Below are positions 33,301 through 45,056 of a stretch of 64,000 bases of DNA, piece by piece. The notes under the pieces are model-generated. The model saw nothing but the letters and a program-made list of their open reading frames with translations. It was not told the origin of the DNA and did not search any database. The DNA is from Corallochytrium limacisporum Hawaii (taxonomy: Eukaryota > Protista > Pluriformea), in assembly GCA_002811645.1 (NCBI GenBank), contig PDIP01000089.1:46911-110910 (forward strand), read 5' to 3'. A program made the position numbers and the translations under genes. Numbering within the stretch: the first letter of the stretch is position 1; each line of letters opens with the position of its first letter.

Positions 33301-36300
33301 ATGGCAAGGATAGTGCCGGAGATGCCCACCATTGCGGTGGAAGGCCAGGTGCACCTTCTGAAGATCGACGGTGAAGGAGTGAGTCAATGGGCCCCGATGC
33401 ACGAAGGCATTGTTTCAGTCAAGATTCTTGAAGGATTCCGGGTCATGGCTACGGACAAGAAGGGAAATGTGATACTAAATGAAATGGCGGCGGAAGGGTT
33501 CGACTGCAGTCGGCCCTCGCGTACGTTCCTAAGCTTCCAGTCATGCGAGGAGAGTGAAGTGTGGGGAGTCAATGTAAAGGCCTCGGATAAGAACTGCAAT
33601 GCATTTTATAATGAGCTCATGGCCATGAAGGAAACGTACAGTAGTGATGAGCACGGCCTCTACGTAGAGGCCCAGGCCTCCCAACGGACGTCCCTGGAAC
33701 GGTATAACATGAGTGTAGACGGTCTGGACGCCGTGGGCATGCAAGTTGGTATGAAACAGCAAGAAGCTCTCATGTCAGAAGCAAAAAAGACCGGCTCCGA
33801 TGAATCTCTGCGGCGGTCCCCACTGAAGAAGGCAGAGGAGGAAATCCAGGCCGAAGAGAAAGAGGAAAAGAAGTCACAACAGCAGGCTGAACAGCAAGCG
33901 CAACAAAAGACGCAACAACAGGCACCACCAAAGACGGCAAAGAAGCCGCCGACCCCTGCGAAGCCGGCGTCCCTAACCGGCGCGGCGGCCTCTGCTCCCG
34001 CGAAGGCAGCCGAAGCCGAATCTGCAGAGAAGGTGATGCTACGCGTCAGCTTGCCTGGCGGACAGAAGACTATGCTCTGGGCCACAGCCGACCAGACCGT
34101 TTTCGAATGCATGCGGGCAGTCGCTACCAAGCGGGGAATGAAGAATCTGACAGCTTACACGCCCAGCAAGAAAGGTGTACAACTGGGCTACACCATTAAG
34201 CTGTCCGAAGTCGAGAACCACAGCTTCAACATGTCCGAAAAGATTCCTGACTCTCGCCAGGTGGAGAAGACGGAGGCTGACCAAGGTCTAGGCATGCGTA
34301 TCCGCCTTGCCAACGCAACAAAAAATGAGTCGGGCATTGTGGCGTACAATGTGAACCCGACCGGTCCGGCTGGGCGCGCGGGTGTGCTGGACGGCGATGA
34401 AATTTTGGAAATCAACGGTGAAAGCATGGTTGGCATGTCCTCTCTATCCGAGGTGGCCAAGGTGTTGAAGGCATCAAATAAGTTGGACCTGAAGGTGCAG
34501 TACAGTGAATTCTCGGAGGTGAAACGGGGTTCGCTCCGCAGTGCCTCCGTGGATGTACTGTCCACTACGGGATCTGTTGTAATGACACCAGCTCCGGCTT
34601 CCTCTCCTGCTGCTGCTCCGGCTACTGCTCCGGCCCCTGCTCCCGCTCCGGCTCCAGCTGCGGGCTTTTCGGATCCTCAAGACAAGCTGAGTATGGGTAA
34701 TGTCATTGACCACTTAATCTGCCCACCGTTGCCTACCGACAGTGAAACCACTGAACTAGCGGAGTCTGATCTGCTTCACCTCATGGGTCCTCCGCAGGAG
34801 AATGCCATCTCTGAGAAATACGTACCAAAATTCACCCCCGAACTAACGGCTATGATAGGTGGTGGCCACCAGCCCACTACAAGTATTGGGTCAAACGGAT
34901 CTCCTCTAATCGGCCGCCGTGCTCTGAGCATCGTATCGAATGCCAGCGTGTCATCCTTCCAAGAACAGAGCTCACTTTCACTGAAAGGCAGCATCTACTC
35001 TGGGGGCAGTACCCAACCTGGAATGCCAAACGACACCATGAGTCTTGAAGGTGCGATCTCTCAACTACTCACAAATGTGGAACAGAGTAACGCTGTCTGC
35101 AAAATGTTTGCTAATCGCCTTCTCACAGGACAAGGCAAGCGCAGTATGCGTCAAAAGGTGGCCCATGAACTGCTGGACACGGAGAAGAACTACGTGCACG
35201 ATCTAGGTGAACTGATTGCTCGGTACTTGGAGCCAGTACACAAGGAGGGACTCGGAGTCAACAACCCGGCCCTCCGTCAGATCTGGGAGTCAGCGCAGAG
35301 CCTATTGCCGAAGCAGAAACAGTTCCTTGACCAGCTTCAGGGGGCTTTCAAGCTTCTGGCAGATTTGGAAGCCCAGGACGAAATGGAGGAACAGGACGAA
35401 TGCACGCCGACCGCTAGCAATGAGAACGCGGAGAAAGTTGAGGAAGCGGAGGACAGCGAAGAGGAAGAGACAGTTGAGAACGTGGCTCGGCGTAGGCGCG
35501 AAGCTGCCTTCGGAGCTGCACTTGCGGCGGCGTTCGTCGAAAATGCCGAGGCATTCAAGCTGTACTCGGAGTACTGCGCTCTGTACCCGGCCGTCGAGAA
35601 CTACCTCATGACCAAGAAGGACATGAGCAAGAAGGAAAACGAAGAGTTTCAGGAGTTCCTGGAAGCCAGAAATCCAAAGAAAGAGATGTCTGCCAGCCTC
35701 GACTCGTACCTGATCAAGCCCGTGCAGCGCATTCTCAAGTATCCCTTGCTTCTTCGTGAACTTATCAAGTACACAGAAGAGGATGCGGATGACATGCAGG
35801 ACCTCAATATGGCCGAGGCAGTGATTAAGGACGTGGCAAATGAAATTAACGAGATCAAGCGCCGTGACGATAATCGAGAGCAGGCTAAAGCCCTGTTTGA
35901 GTCCATGGAGGATTATAACGGACCCCGTGGCGCTGATCTGGGCGATCTCTTATACCACTGCTCCGTTACTCGGGGCTTGGTCGACGATAAGAACAGGGTC
36001 GATCGGTCGCGCGGCTCCACCGCCGAATGCCGATACTATCTCTTTACTCGCGGTGTGCTGTCGTGCACAAAGCCCTCCAGTGAACGCGAAGCATCCCGTT
36101 TCCGCGACTACATGCCAATTGAAAAAATCCTTATCAAGGACCGCCCAGACGAAAACGAAGAAACGCGTCATTTGATCGAAATGGTGAACATGGAAGCGTT
36201 GCAACAGATGAAAGAGGCCAAGGGCACCGCCACATCGCGTTCACGCTCCAAAGCCACCGTCATTCTCATGTGCCGCAACGCGGAAGAGAAGCAGCGCTGG

Positions 36301-36498
36301 ATTACCACGGTGAAGAATCAAATCCGCCAGAGCATTCTAAACAAATCTTCGTCTCCCTCACAGGCCACTTCTGCGCTTGGTGCCAACGGCTCCCAAGGAT
36401 CGACCTTCTCTATCAACAGCAATTCATCCAAGCCCAGCACGACCTCCCTGCACAAACCCACGCGCAGCAAGAACAAATCTTTCTTGTCTCGTGGATGA
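33301..36498 (+). CDS. TIAM: Tiam/Still-life-like Rac GEF (EVH1-like, RBD, PDZ, DH, PH)
   Basis: RBD (LRVSLPGGQKT), PDZ (GPAGRAGVLDGDEILEING), DH with Tiam-like FLEARNPKKEMSASLDSYLIKPVQRILKYPLLLREL, then PH. Start context ACC-ATG-G. Confidence 0.85.
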   Translation: MARIVPEMPTIAVEGQVHLLKIDGEGVSQWAPMHEGIVSVKILEGFRVMATDKKGNVILNEMAAEGFDCSRPSRTFLSFQSCEESEVWGVNVKASDKNCNAFYNELMAMKETYSSDEHGLYVEAQASQRTSLERYNMSVDGLDAVGMQVGMKQQEALMSEAKKTGSDESLRRSPLKKAEEEIQAEEKEEKKSQQQAEQQAQQKTQQQAPPKTAKKPPTPAKPASLTGAAASAPAKAAEAESAEKVMLRVSLPGGQKTMLWATADQTVFECMRAVATKRGMKNLTAYTPSKKGVQLGYTIKLSEVENHSFNMSEKIPDSRQVEKTEADQGLGMRIRLANATKNESGIVAYNVNPTGPAGRAGVLDGDEILEINGESMVGMSSLSEVAKVLKASNKLDLKVQYSEFSEVKRGSLRSASVDVLSTTGSVVMTPAPASSPAAAPATAPAPAPAPAPAAGFSDPQDKLSMGNVIDHLICPPLPTDSETTELAESDLLHLMGPPQENAISEKYVPKFTPELTAMIGGGHQPTTSIGSNGSPLIGRRALSIVSNASVSSFQEQSSLSLKGSIYSGGSTQPGMPNDTMSLEGAISQLLTNVEQSNAVCKMFANRLLTGQGKRSMRQKVAHELLDTEKNYVHDLGELIARYLEPVHKEGLGVNNPALRQIWESAQSLLPKQKQFLDQLQGAFKLLADLEAQDEMEEQDECTPTASNENAEKVEEAEDSEEEETVENVARRRREAAFGAALAAAFVENAEAFKLYSEYCALYPAVENYLMTKKDMSKKENEEFQEFLEARNPKKEMSASLDSYLIKPVQRILKYPLLLRELIKYTEEDADDMQDLNMAEAVIKDVANEINEIKRRDDNREQAKALFESMEDYNGPRGADLGDLLYHCSVTRGLVDDKNRVDRSRGSTAECRYYLFTRGVLSCTKPSSEREASRFRDYMPIEKILIKDRPDENEETRHLIEMVNMEALQQMKEAKGTATSRSRSKATVILMCRNAEEKQRWITTVKNQIRQSILNKSSSPSQATSALGANGSQGSTFSINSNSSKPSTTSLHKPTRSKNKSFLSRG

Positions 36499-36589
36499 TC
36501 AAGGATGGCGTATGCACTTGTTCCATAATTTGGCAATAGAATATCACATTTAAACCCTTTTTTAATCAATGTACATGCGGTTCACTTTC

Positions 36590-37045
36590 CTATGAAGAAG
36601 AGTGCGGCAGTGACTCCAACCAGGCTTTGCACTGCGTCGAGTGTTGCGTCAGAGTTGCGTCCATTTCCGCGATGCTCGCCTTCAGTGCATTGATGTCCTG
36701 CTGCAGCTGTTGTGCTGGCGTCGACGTTCCGGATGCGGCGGCAGAATTGAAGAATACGCGCAGGGTGTGTAGTGCCTGCAACATCCGGGTGATTTGTGTC
36801 TCGTACTGAATAAGGTATGTTGCCCTGGCCGTGCTACCCTCTGCTCCGCCAGCAGTTGCGTCTGTGTCGCTCAGTCCTCCTTCAGGGCTTTCTATGCTCA
36901 CCGCCAGCCCTTCCACGAGAGACGCAATATCTGCCCGCAGGCCTTCCAAGGCCTTCTGCGCTTCGTCCGCATCACGCAAAGTAAATTGCCGTGAGTCATT
37001 AGTGCTACCATTTACAGCAGCAATGTTTTCTGCATCTGCTGGCAT
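36590..37045 (-). CDS. MED28: Mediator subunit 28-like
   Basis: ITRMLQALHTLRVFF...PAQQLQQDINALKASIAEMDATLTQHSTQCKAWLESL parallels MED28 IQKFLDIARQTECFF...[37 protein letters not shown]. Confidence 0.6.
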   Translation of the reverse strand: MPADAENIAAVNGSTNDSRQFTLRDADEAQKALEGLRADIASLVEGLAVSIESPEGGLSDTDATAGGAEGSTARATYLIQYETQITRMLQALHTLRVFFNSAAASGTSTPAQQLQQDINALKASIAEMDATLTQHSTQCKAWLESLPHSSS

Positions 37046-37830
37046 TTCAAAGTATCTATTTGCAGCAGTTGTGGTTTGCCGTTCAAGTGGATTCAATGTT
37101 TTCCTATATTGTGTGTCACAAAGATGTGGGTTCTGGGTAGCGGTGCGTCGTCAAAATTTACTCTCTAGTTCAGGCACTTATATATCATTTAATCAAATAC
37201 ATGTGTCTCTCTGTCCTAGACCCTTTGATGCTCGGAAATAGCCTTAAAAAATATTCAATGAAGTAGTCCCCGTTTGCAAGCGGTCGGTGAACCCACCGGT
37301 TCCCTGTCCGTACCTTCCCTCCTCGTCCCCTGGGCCCCCGTTCGTCCCCCTTACATCGCGCGCCCAGAGCGGGAGACGGGACTCGGGAGTCCTTTTAGTC
37401 GCAAACCCCCTCGCGAGGCGGTTAGCGGGGGGGGTAGTGGCAGGCACGCGGGGAGAGGAATTTTCTGAGCCTCCCAACGGGAAAAGCAGGGAGTGCGGGT
37501 CTCAGCCGCTTCACCCACCGCCCTGCCTGCGTGGGGTGTGTGCGGCGGGAGCGCCTTGTGTCTTCGGGCAGCGATGAGAGAAGTGCGAACAAAAGTGAAG
37601 CAAACCTTGCTTCCATGCTTTCGTTTTTTTGTACTCTAAGTGCGTGCTTGATCAGCTATTTACTACAGAGTCCTCATAGTGAATAAATCCCTGAGAAATG
37701 AGCTAACCACTGTAGTTCTAGACAGCCGATACCCAGTCCCCGGAGATCACGAGGAAGCATGAGAATGTGCGCGGTAACCATTTCATAATTACACTAGAGG
37801 TTTAGAGTTTCTGAGAACTCGATAGTAAAA

Positions 37831-40800
37831 ATGCCGCCACCAGTTGCAGGCGGCGAGGGGCCAACCAAGTCCCATCGCAAACGCCAGTCTGGGCGAAAGG
37901 CCGAGAAGAAGAAAGGCAAGAGCGAACGTAAAGAAAATAGTCTAAAGAAAGGCAGTCTCAAGGATGCTCAGGAAACCACGAACACACAGACCCGGGGGAA
38001 CAAAGGCAATAACCCCAAAGCCTTTGCCATGCAGTCAGCACGGAAGGCTGAACGGATGGGACGAAGGACAGCAGACATTACACAGCGCCGGATCCACATG
38101 CCCACTGTGGACCGGGCACCTGATGAGCCGCCACCGTTCGTTGTAGGAGTAATTGGACCACCCGGCACAGGTAAGACCACACTGATCCAATCCCTCGTTA
38201 AGCACTATTGTCACCGGAACCTGACCAGTACAGACGGTCCAATCACGCTTGTTGCGGGCAAGAAGCGGCGCATTACTTTCGTCGAGTGCAATAATGAACT
38301 TGGTTCCATGATTGACCTTGGCAAGGTGGTGGACCTGGCGTTGATTCTCATTGATGGATCCTACGGCTTCGAAATGGAAGTCTTTGAGTTTCTGAACATT
38401 CTACAGGTGCATGGTATGCCCCGCGTAATGGGCGTGTTGACGCATTTGGACCATTTCAAGAACCCGAAGAAGCTGCGCAAGACAAAGAAGAAGCTGAAGC
38501 AGCGATTCTGGACGGATGTCTACAATGGAGCGAAACTGTTCTACCTCAGTGGTTTGATCGGTGGACGGTACCCAAAGCGGGAGATTTTGAATTTGGCACG
38601 TTTTATTTCCGTACAGAAGGCCCGTCCCATCAACTGGCGCCAGCAACATCCGTTCCTCATCTGCGACCGCATGGAGGACATAACAGATCCTGAAGCCATC
38701 CGTGCGGATCAAAAGTGTGATCGCCGAGTAGTACTATACGGCTACGCTCGTGGATGCAATTTAAAGGCGAACCAGCGCGTGCACTTGTGCGGTGTGGGCG
38801 ATCATGTGATGGCCCGTGTCGATTTCCTGCCCGACCCGTGCCCATTGCCACAGGGTCTGCGCAAGGAAGGTGGCAAGACAAAGTACAAAGCCTTAAACGA
38901 GCGTGAACGTCAAATCTATGCCCCCATGACCGATCTAGGTGGTATTGTGTACGACAAGGATGCCGTCTATATCGATATTGGCCATGCACACCAGGCCAAA
39001 GAGCAAAAGGATGGGGAGGGCGAGAACGGAGAAGTCGAACTCGGTCCAGGTGAGAAGATGCTCGCGGATCTGCAGGATACTAAGGAGACACTGAATGAGA
39101 AACTTAACAAGGCCGAGATGCGCCTCTTTGAACACAGCGCCACCATCCGTGCAGAGGATTTCTCGGACGGTCGCCATCGTCGTCGTGTGGTCTTTGATGA
39201 TGAGGATGACGAGGAGGATGAGGAAGACGAAGACGAAGATGACAAGGACGAGGAAGACGAGAATGACAGTATGGAGAGTGAAGAAGATGAGGGCGTTGAT
39301 GTAGACAACCATGCTCAGTCGCGACTAGCTAGCGAAGGAGATGTTGAATTTGATGACAACCTTTCCGACGGTGGAACGGACGACGGAATTTCGGAACTAC
39401 GTCGCAGTGAAGGTGGTTTGTGGAATCTTAAAGACATTGATGACGAGGAGGATGATGTTCAAAATGAAATTGATTCTAATGACGGTTCCGAGCAGGACCG
39501 CGGCCTTGGTCTGACAAAATGGAAAGAGAACCTCCACGAGAAGGCAGTACGGAACTTCCAACTCGGTCGCACGACGCGCCTGATGGATCTAGTGTACGGT
39601 ACCGACGCAACTGCCAGCAAGTCCAAGAAAGGGAGAACCAGGACTGCCACCGGTAAGAAATCTCTCTTTGACGACGAAGATGAGGACGAAGATGAGGACT
39701 TCGATGAGCCCACTGGATCCAGTGATGACGATAACGACGACGACCTCTTCTTCAAGGTCCAACATGGCGTCAGCGAAAGCGGTATCAACGACATGGACAC
39801 CTCCAAGTTCTCCTACGAGTCCACTGTCCGTGAACTGGTGGATGCCGCAGAGGACAGCTATGAGGACTTTATGGAGAAGCTCAAGAACCGTTTCGTTACC
39901 GGCACCTGGGAGGAAGACGAAGATGCAGCCGCTTTGCTCGGTAACAATCGTGCAGCGCTTGCAGCATACGATGATCCAGAGGAAGAGATTTACGGGGACT
40001 TTGAAGATCTCGAGACCGGTGAAAAGTTTACAGGCAAGGAGCAGAACGTTGAACAAGTCAGTGCCGGAGATGGCAGCGAGGAAGACGATATTGTGCGCAA
40101 AAAGATGGAAAAGAAGCGTGCTTTTGATGCTGACTATGACGATGGCAAGGACCGCGGCAAAGCCGATACCGATGCCATGGAAAATGAAGAGGACGACGGG
40201 GAGAAAGATTATTATGATGAGCTGAAGGACATTATGGACGAACGCTCACGCCAGAATCGTGCCGAATTTGAGGGTGTTGATGATGCTGAGCGTGTCAAGT
40301 TCGAGGGTTACCGCCCTGGCATGTACTTGCGCATTGAGATCAATAACATGCAGTACGAGTTTGTGGAAAACTTTAAGCCGAACCGCCTGTTGGTCCTCGG
40401 TGGCATGAACTCCAGCGAGACTCAAATGGGTATGATCCACGCTCGCGTAAAAAAGCATCGGTGGTACGGTAAGATTCTCAAGAACAGTGATCCACTGATC
40501 CTCAGTGTTGGTTGGCGGAGGTACCAGACCATGCCAGTATACTCCATCAAAGATCACAACATGCGCAACCGGGTGATCAAGTACACCCCAGAGCATATGC
40601 ATTGCCATGCGACATTTTTCGGCCCTATCGTGCCTCCTTCTACAGGAATTCTGGGCTTCCAAGGTGGCATCGAGAAAAGCGAACGTTTCCGGATTGCTGC
40701 CACAGGTGTTGTAGTCGAGGTCGACCAGTCTTTTGCCATGGTCAAGAAGCTCAAACTGCGTGGTGTGCCCCTCAAGATCTACAAGAATACGGCCTTCATC

Positions 40801-41493
40801 AAAGATATGTTTAACTCGGCACTTGAAGTCGCCAAGTTTGAGGGAGCTGTCTTGCGCACGGTGTCTGGTATCCGTGGTCAGGTCAAGAAGGTCATCAAGG
40901 CGCCTCCAGGTGCCTTCCGTGCCACGTTTGAGGACAAGCTGATTGCCTCGGACATTGTCTTCTTGCGGGCATGGTACCCGATCGATCCCGTGCGATACTA
41001 CTTTACCATGGCCAATCTGCTGCTGCCAACGGGCAAAGAGTGGGAAGGTATGCGCACCATTGGTCAGATCCGTCGTGCAGAACAAATGGCTATTCCATAC
41101 AACAAAGACTCGACCTACAAGCCCATCGAGCGCAAGGAACGTCGTTTCAATCCGCTCAAAATCCCTAAGGCCCTTGAACAGGCCCTTCCATTCAAGTCGA
41201 AGCCGAAAAATCGCAATTCCCGGAAGACGGTCGCTCTGAGCACGAAGCGTGCCGTGGTAATGGACACGGACGAGAAGAAGGTGCACCGCATGCTTCAGGA
41301 GCTGCAGACCATCCGTAATGCAAAGGTTGCCAAGCGCAAGGAGACCATTGCCAAGAAGCGTGACGCCCACAAGGCCAAACTTGATCGCGAAGAAGACGCC
41401 CGTTTGGGCGCAAAACGCAAGCGCCTCAAGAGCTTCTATCGTGAGATGGGCATGAAGGAGGAGAAAGCACGACAGAAAGTTCTCAACCAGTAA
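37831..41493 (+). CDS. BMS1: Ribosome biogenesis GTPase BMS1
   Basis: NPKAF, P-loop [24 protein letters not shown], acidic middle region, [28 protein letters not shown]. Confidence 0.98.
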   Translation: MPPPVAGGEGPTKSHRKRQSGRKAEKKKGKSERKENSLKKGSLKDAQETTNTQTRGNKGNNPKAFAMQSARKAERMGRRTADITQRRIHMPTVDRAPDEPPPFVVGVIGPPGTGKTTLIQSLVKHYCHRNLTSTDGPITLVAGKKRRITFVECNNELGSMIDLGKVVDLALILIDGSYGFEMEVFEFLNILQVHGMPRVMGVLTHLDHFKNPKKLRKTKKKLKQRFWTDVYNGAKLFYLSGLIGGRYPKREILNLARFISVQKARPINWRQQHPFLICDRMEDITDPEAIRADQKCDRRVVLYGYARGCNLKANQRVHLCGVGDHVMARVDFLPDPCPLPQGLRKEGGKTKYKALNERERQIYAPMTDLGGIVYDKDAVYIDIGHAHQAKEQKDGEGENGEVELGPGEKMLADLQDTKETLNEKLNKAEMRLFEHSATIRAEDFSDGRHRRRVVFDDEDDEEDEEDEDEDDKDEEDENDSMESEEDEGVDVDNHAQSRLASEGDVEFDDNLSDGGTDDGISELRRSEGGLWNLKDIDDEEDDVQNEIDSNDGSEQDRGLGLTKWKENLHEKAVRNFQLGRTTRLMDLVYGTDATASKSKKGRTRTATGKKSLFDDEDEDEDEDFDEPTGSSDDDNDDDLFFKVQHGVSESGINDMDTSKFSYESTVRELVDAAEDSYEDFMEKLKNRFVTGTWEEDEDAAALLGNNRAALAAYDDPEEEIYGDFEDLETGEKFTGKEQNVEQVSAGDGSEEDDIVRKKMEKKRAFDADYDDGKDRGKADTDAMENEEDDGEKDYYDELKDIMDERSRQNRAEFEGVDDAERVKFEGYRPGMYLRIEINNMQYEFVENFKPNRLLVLGGMNSSETQMGMIHARVKKHRWYGKILKNSDPLILSVGWRRYQTMPVYSIKDHNMRNRVIKYTPEHMHCHATFFGPIVPPSTGILGFQGGIEKSERFRIAATGVVVEVDQSFAMVKKLKLRGVPLKIYKNTAFIKDMFNSALEVAKFEGAVLRTVSGIRGQVKKVIKAPPGAFRATFEDKLIASDIVFLRAWYPIDPVRYYFTMANLLLPTGKEWEGMRTIGQIRRAEQMAIPYNKDSTYKPIERKERRFNPLKIPKALEQALPFKSKPKNRNSRKTVALSTKRAVVMDTDEKKVHRMLQELQTIRNAKVAKRKETIAKKRDAHKAKLDREEDARLGAKRKRLKSFYREMGMKEEKARQKVLNQ

Positions 41494-42395
41494 AGACAAG
41501 ATCCTTACGCGCGTTGCCTTCAAAAGAAATACAGACATGTTAGCAGAAAAGAAAAACCAAGACAATGACAAAGATCATCTTACATGCCATTAGACGTCAT
41601 CAACTCACTACTAGGGTCAGAGATGATGTCCGTGTGAGTAATACGCTGGCCATCTGCACTTTCGAGTTCACCTCCACGGCAGGCCGGCCCCAGCTGTCGG
41701 TAGCGCGCTAGAGCCAAACGGAGCCGGCCCCCCCCCTCCCTCTCCGCTCCTGGTCCCAGGGACCCCCTTTTCCCCCAATCCCGGCCATTCGCGTACCAAA
41801 CAAAATTCCATGCTCAATGACCCGTACTTCGCCACCCTAATCCCACGGATTGATACTGAATACATGGCATTGAAACGAGGAGCCGGGCCCCTCCGTCTCA
41901 TTTTGGACAAGGCTCGACGTCTGTGCGCCTCCGGTGTCCTCGCCTGAATGGGGCGGTACAAGGGAGTGCCTGGCGGGGCGCGATGGTCGCGGGCGGGGTA
42001 GCAAAACATTGCGGCACAGTTGGATCTCAGAGCCTGTAGGGACATGTTTTTATATCATTTATGGTTCTGGATGTGATGGATGAGTTATTGAAGGTAATTG
42101 ATGGAATTGATCTGCTTAACTTTGGTAGGGGAATGCTTTCTGTTATTCACGCGAGACCAGGCTCAGCCCTATTAGTTCGTGGTATGGACGTATTTTGATG
42201 AGCTGGTGCTTACGTTTGAGCGAAATAGCATAGAGAACTCAAGCCGATATAGAGCATGTGGTTAGAATCTTAGTGCAAATGGAATTTGGATCAGCATAAG
42301 GAAGGCCTAGTTTGCCTGCGTAGAATATTTAGTCCATTATAGGAAGTGATCGGTCGGCAGTGCATAGAGAAAGTAACAAATTTGTACTCGTCACC

Positions 42396-45056
42396 ATGTC
42401 GGGACCAAGTCCACTCAACGCGCTCAGCAATTTGGCACAGGACGTGGCCACTAGCATTGAGGGTGCGGCAGCAAAAATAAAGATCCTTGCAGATGGACAT
42501 GGCTCCAAACGTGCGGCCTCCGGTAGCGGGACAGAGCTCGGAGTGATGATGGACTCAGACTCGGACGCGGACAAATACATAGCTATGCGTCGTGTAACAG
42601 CCATGATGCTCCGGGGCGAAGACGTCATGCCCTACTTTGCACCGGTTGTAAAGAATACATTCCACCCGGCCGTGGAGATGAAGAAAATGGTGGCTATGTA
42701 CCTGGCCCGCAACGCTTCCTCCGAACCGGATCTCGCGCTGTTGAGTATCAATGCATTTCAGAAGGACCTGAAGAGCAGCAATGCACTGCTTCGTGGGTCT
42801 TCGTTACGGGCACTGTGTGGTATTCAGCTCGAAGTGATCACTCCGCTGGTTATGCATTCATTGAAACAAGCATCTGCTGACATGAGCCCGTATGTGAAGC
42901 AAATTGTAGCGCAGAGTCTGCCTCAGATGTACCGCCGCGATCCGGACGGAAACGAAGACACGGTCCTTGAAATTTTGCAGAAGTTGTTAGGTGATTTTAA
43001 TCTAACCGTTCAGGGCAGCGCATTGGCGACGTGGTTGGATATTTGCCCAGCGCGGTGGGATTTTATTCATCCGATCTACAGCCGCCTGGTGCGGGCGCTA
43101 CCAGACATGGATGAGTGGACGCAAATGACAGCGATGGTTGTGCTGATTCGGTATGCACGGACATTCTTTGCGAAGCCCGCAGGCTTCAATGCTGTGGAGC
43201 GAAAACTTCAGGGACTGAGCACTGAAGATGATGACATTGGTGAGATGACGCAAATGATGGGCACTATGAGCGCATTTGGTGAGAGTGCGGGAGGCGCCGT
43301 ACCGGTCAATGTGCACAAGACTATGGAAGGTTTTTTCAGCGATGACGATAATGAGGATGAAAATGGTGTGACGCCAACAAAGAACAACGTCCCCGACTTG
43401 ATTCTGCCGGGAAATGGTCAGAGTTCGATGTCCCCGACTCTTGGTGATGATGACGAAGAGGAAGACGACGAAGGGAACAGGAACGATGGCATCGGTGCAC
43501 TTGAGTCTCCAAGTGGCAGGGTGTCCAACGCTGAGGCGGACCAGGATCTGCAGCTTCTGCTCCGAAATTCTGTTTTCTTGACATATTCTATGAATCCTGG
43601 CGTGCTCCTTGCCGTGATTCAGCTCTACATGTACGTCGGAGGTCCCACGGAGCGTGCCCGGGTTGCACCGTTGCTGATGCGTCTCATGCGCCATCATCGC
43701 GAGGTGCAGATCGTCGTGTTAGCCATCATTGAGAGAGTTATTCGCACTGATCATCAAGTCTTCCGTCCACACTTGCGCCGGTTCTTTGTCTTTGATGATG
43801 ACAGTGAAGAAATGAAGCGGCGAAAGCTTCGCATTCTCATTCGGCTTGCCGACTCAACATCCATTAACATTTTGCTGAAGGAATTCCGAGCGTACACTCG
43901 GTTTGCGGATAAGGGTTTTGTCAAGGAGGCCATCATTGCTATCGGCCATTGCGCGATTCAGATCCCGGACGTTACGGAGGCCTGCGTGGCGTTCCTGGTC
44001 GGAAATTTGAATCAGGAGGCCGACGAAGTGATCGGGGAGAGCATTGTTGTACTGCGACGGTTGCTGCCGCTCATTGTCGGCACCCACAGCGATGTAGTCG
44101 GCAAGTTGGCCACTATGGCAACGGAAATCAAACAGGCGAATGCTCGGGCGTGCGTGCTTTGGATGATGGGTGAGTACAATCATTTGGTACAATCCATGGC
44201 TCCGGATGTGCTCCGCCTCTTTGCGAAGTCCTTCCCGGACGAAGAGCCCGTGGTGAAACTGCAAATTGTAAACTTGGCGGCTAAGATGCGCCTGGTACAG
44301 CCGGAGAAGATTGGCAAACTGTACATCTACATCATGGAACTAGCGAGGTACGACTCGAGTTATGATATTCGCGATCGCGCCAGAGTGCTGCGTGCATTGC
44401 TGGAGCAGCACGAAAGAGACAATCACGGGGCTCCGGAACAGGGGACGGCGGCTGCTGAGCCGGGTGCAGGAAACCACATCGATCCAGCGCGCCGGTTGCT
44501 TCTCAGTGCCAAACCGGTGCCAATGTCGAGCAGTCTGATTGTCAATGATCAAAGTTCAGACCCTATAGGAGAAAAGGGTGCATTCATGCTCGGTACCATG
44601 GCCGACGCACTGCACAGCACGACACCGGGCTACGTTGGACTGCCAGACTTCCCGGCCGAACACGATCCCGAGGCCATGCAGATGCGTCGCCAGGCCGCAG
44701 AGGAAGAGCGTCAGAAGGAGCAGGAGCGCCTTCTGCACGAGCGTAAGGCTGCAGAGGCTGCTGCACAGTCCCGAATCGGTACTCTGTCAACAGGAACAAT
44801 GGGTCGCGGCTCCGGGTCTTCGTTTGGACAAGGCAGTGGCAGCTACGGCAATTTCTTTGACTCTTCGGACGAGTACGAGAGTGACGATTATGATGAGGAC
44901 GAGTCTGATGAGGAAGACTCGGACGAATCCGACGACGATGATGATGAGGACGATGATGATGACGATGAGTACGAGGACAGTGAGGATGAACTTCTCACCG
45001 ATGAGGAGGACGAAGAGGACTCAGATGAGGACTCTGACAGGCCTATGATTCAGTAA
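42396..45056 (+). CDS. AP3B: AP-3 complex beta subunit (trunk plus acidic hinge, no ear domain)
   Basis: YFAPVVKN..EPDLALLSINAFQKDL..ADMSPYV..APDVLRLFAKSF..VKLQIVNLAAK..YDSSYDIRDRAR; D/E-rich C-terminus. Confidence 0.92.
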   Translation: MSGPSPLNALSNLAQDVATSIEGAAAKIKILADGHGSKRAASGSGTELGVMMDSDSDADKYIAMRRVTAMMLRGEDVMPYFAPVVKNTFHPAVEMKKMVAMYLARNASSEPDLALLSINAFQKDLKSSNALLRGSSLRALCGIQLEVITPLVMHSLKQASADMSPYVKQIVAQSLPQMYRRDPDGNEDTVLEILQKLLGDFNLTVQGSALATWLDICPARWDFIHPIYSRLVRALPDMDEWTQMTAMVVLIRYARTFFAKPAGFNAVERKLQGLSTEDDDIGEMTQMMGTMSAFGESAGGAVPVNVHKTMEGFFSDDDNEDENGVTPTKNNVPDLILPGNGQSSMSPTLGDDDEEEDDEGNRNDGIGALESPSGRVSNAEADQDLQLLLRNSVFLTYSMNPGVLLAVIQLYMYVGGPTERARVAPLLMRLMRHHREVQIVVLAIIERVIRTDHQVFRPHLRRFFVFDDDSEEMKRRKLRILIRLADSTSINILLKEFRAYTRFADKGFVKEAIIAIGHCAIQIPDVTEACVAFLVGNLNQEADEVIGESIVVLRRLLPLIVGTHSDVVGKLATMATEIKQANARACVLWMMGEYNHLVQSMAPDVLRLFAKSFPDEEPVVKLQIVNLAAKMRLVQPEKIGKLYIYIMELARYDSSYDIRDRARVLRALLEQHERDNHGAPEQGTAAAEPGAGNHIDPARRLLLSAKPVPMSSSLIVNDQSSDPIGEKGAFMLGTMADALHSTTPGYVGLPDFPAEHDPEAMQMRRQAAEEERQKEQERLLHERKAAEAAAQSRIGTLSTGTMGRGSGSSFGQGSGSYGNFFDSSDEYESDDYDEDESDEEDSDESDDDDDEDDDDDDEYEDSEDELLTDEEDEEDSDEDSDRPMIQ

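Noticed and set aside
40246-41571. 441-aa antisense ORF (and similar ones at 27686-28498, 47827-48696, 55817-56644, 17045-17932)
   Set aside because: Shadow ORFs opposite real genes, explained by codon bias.
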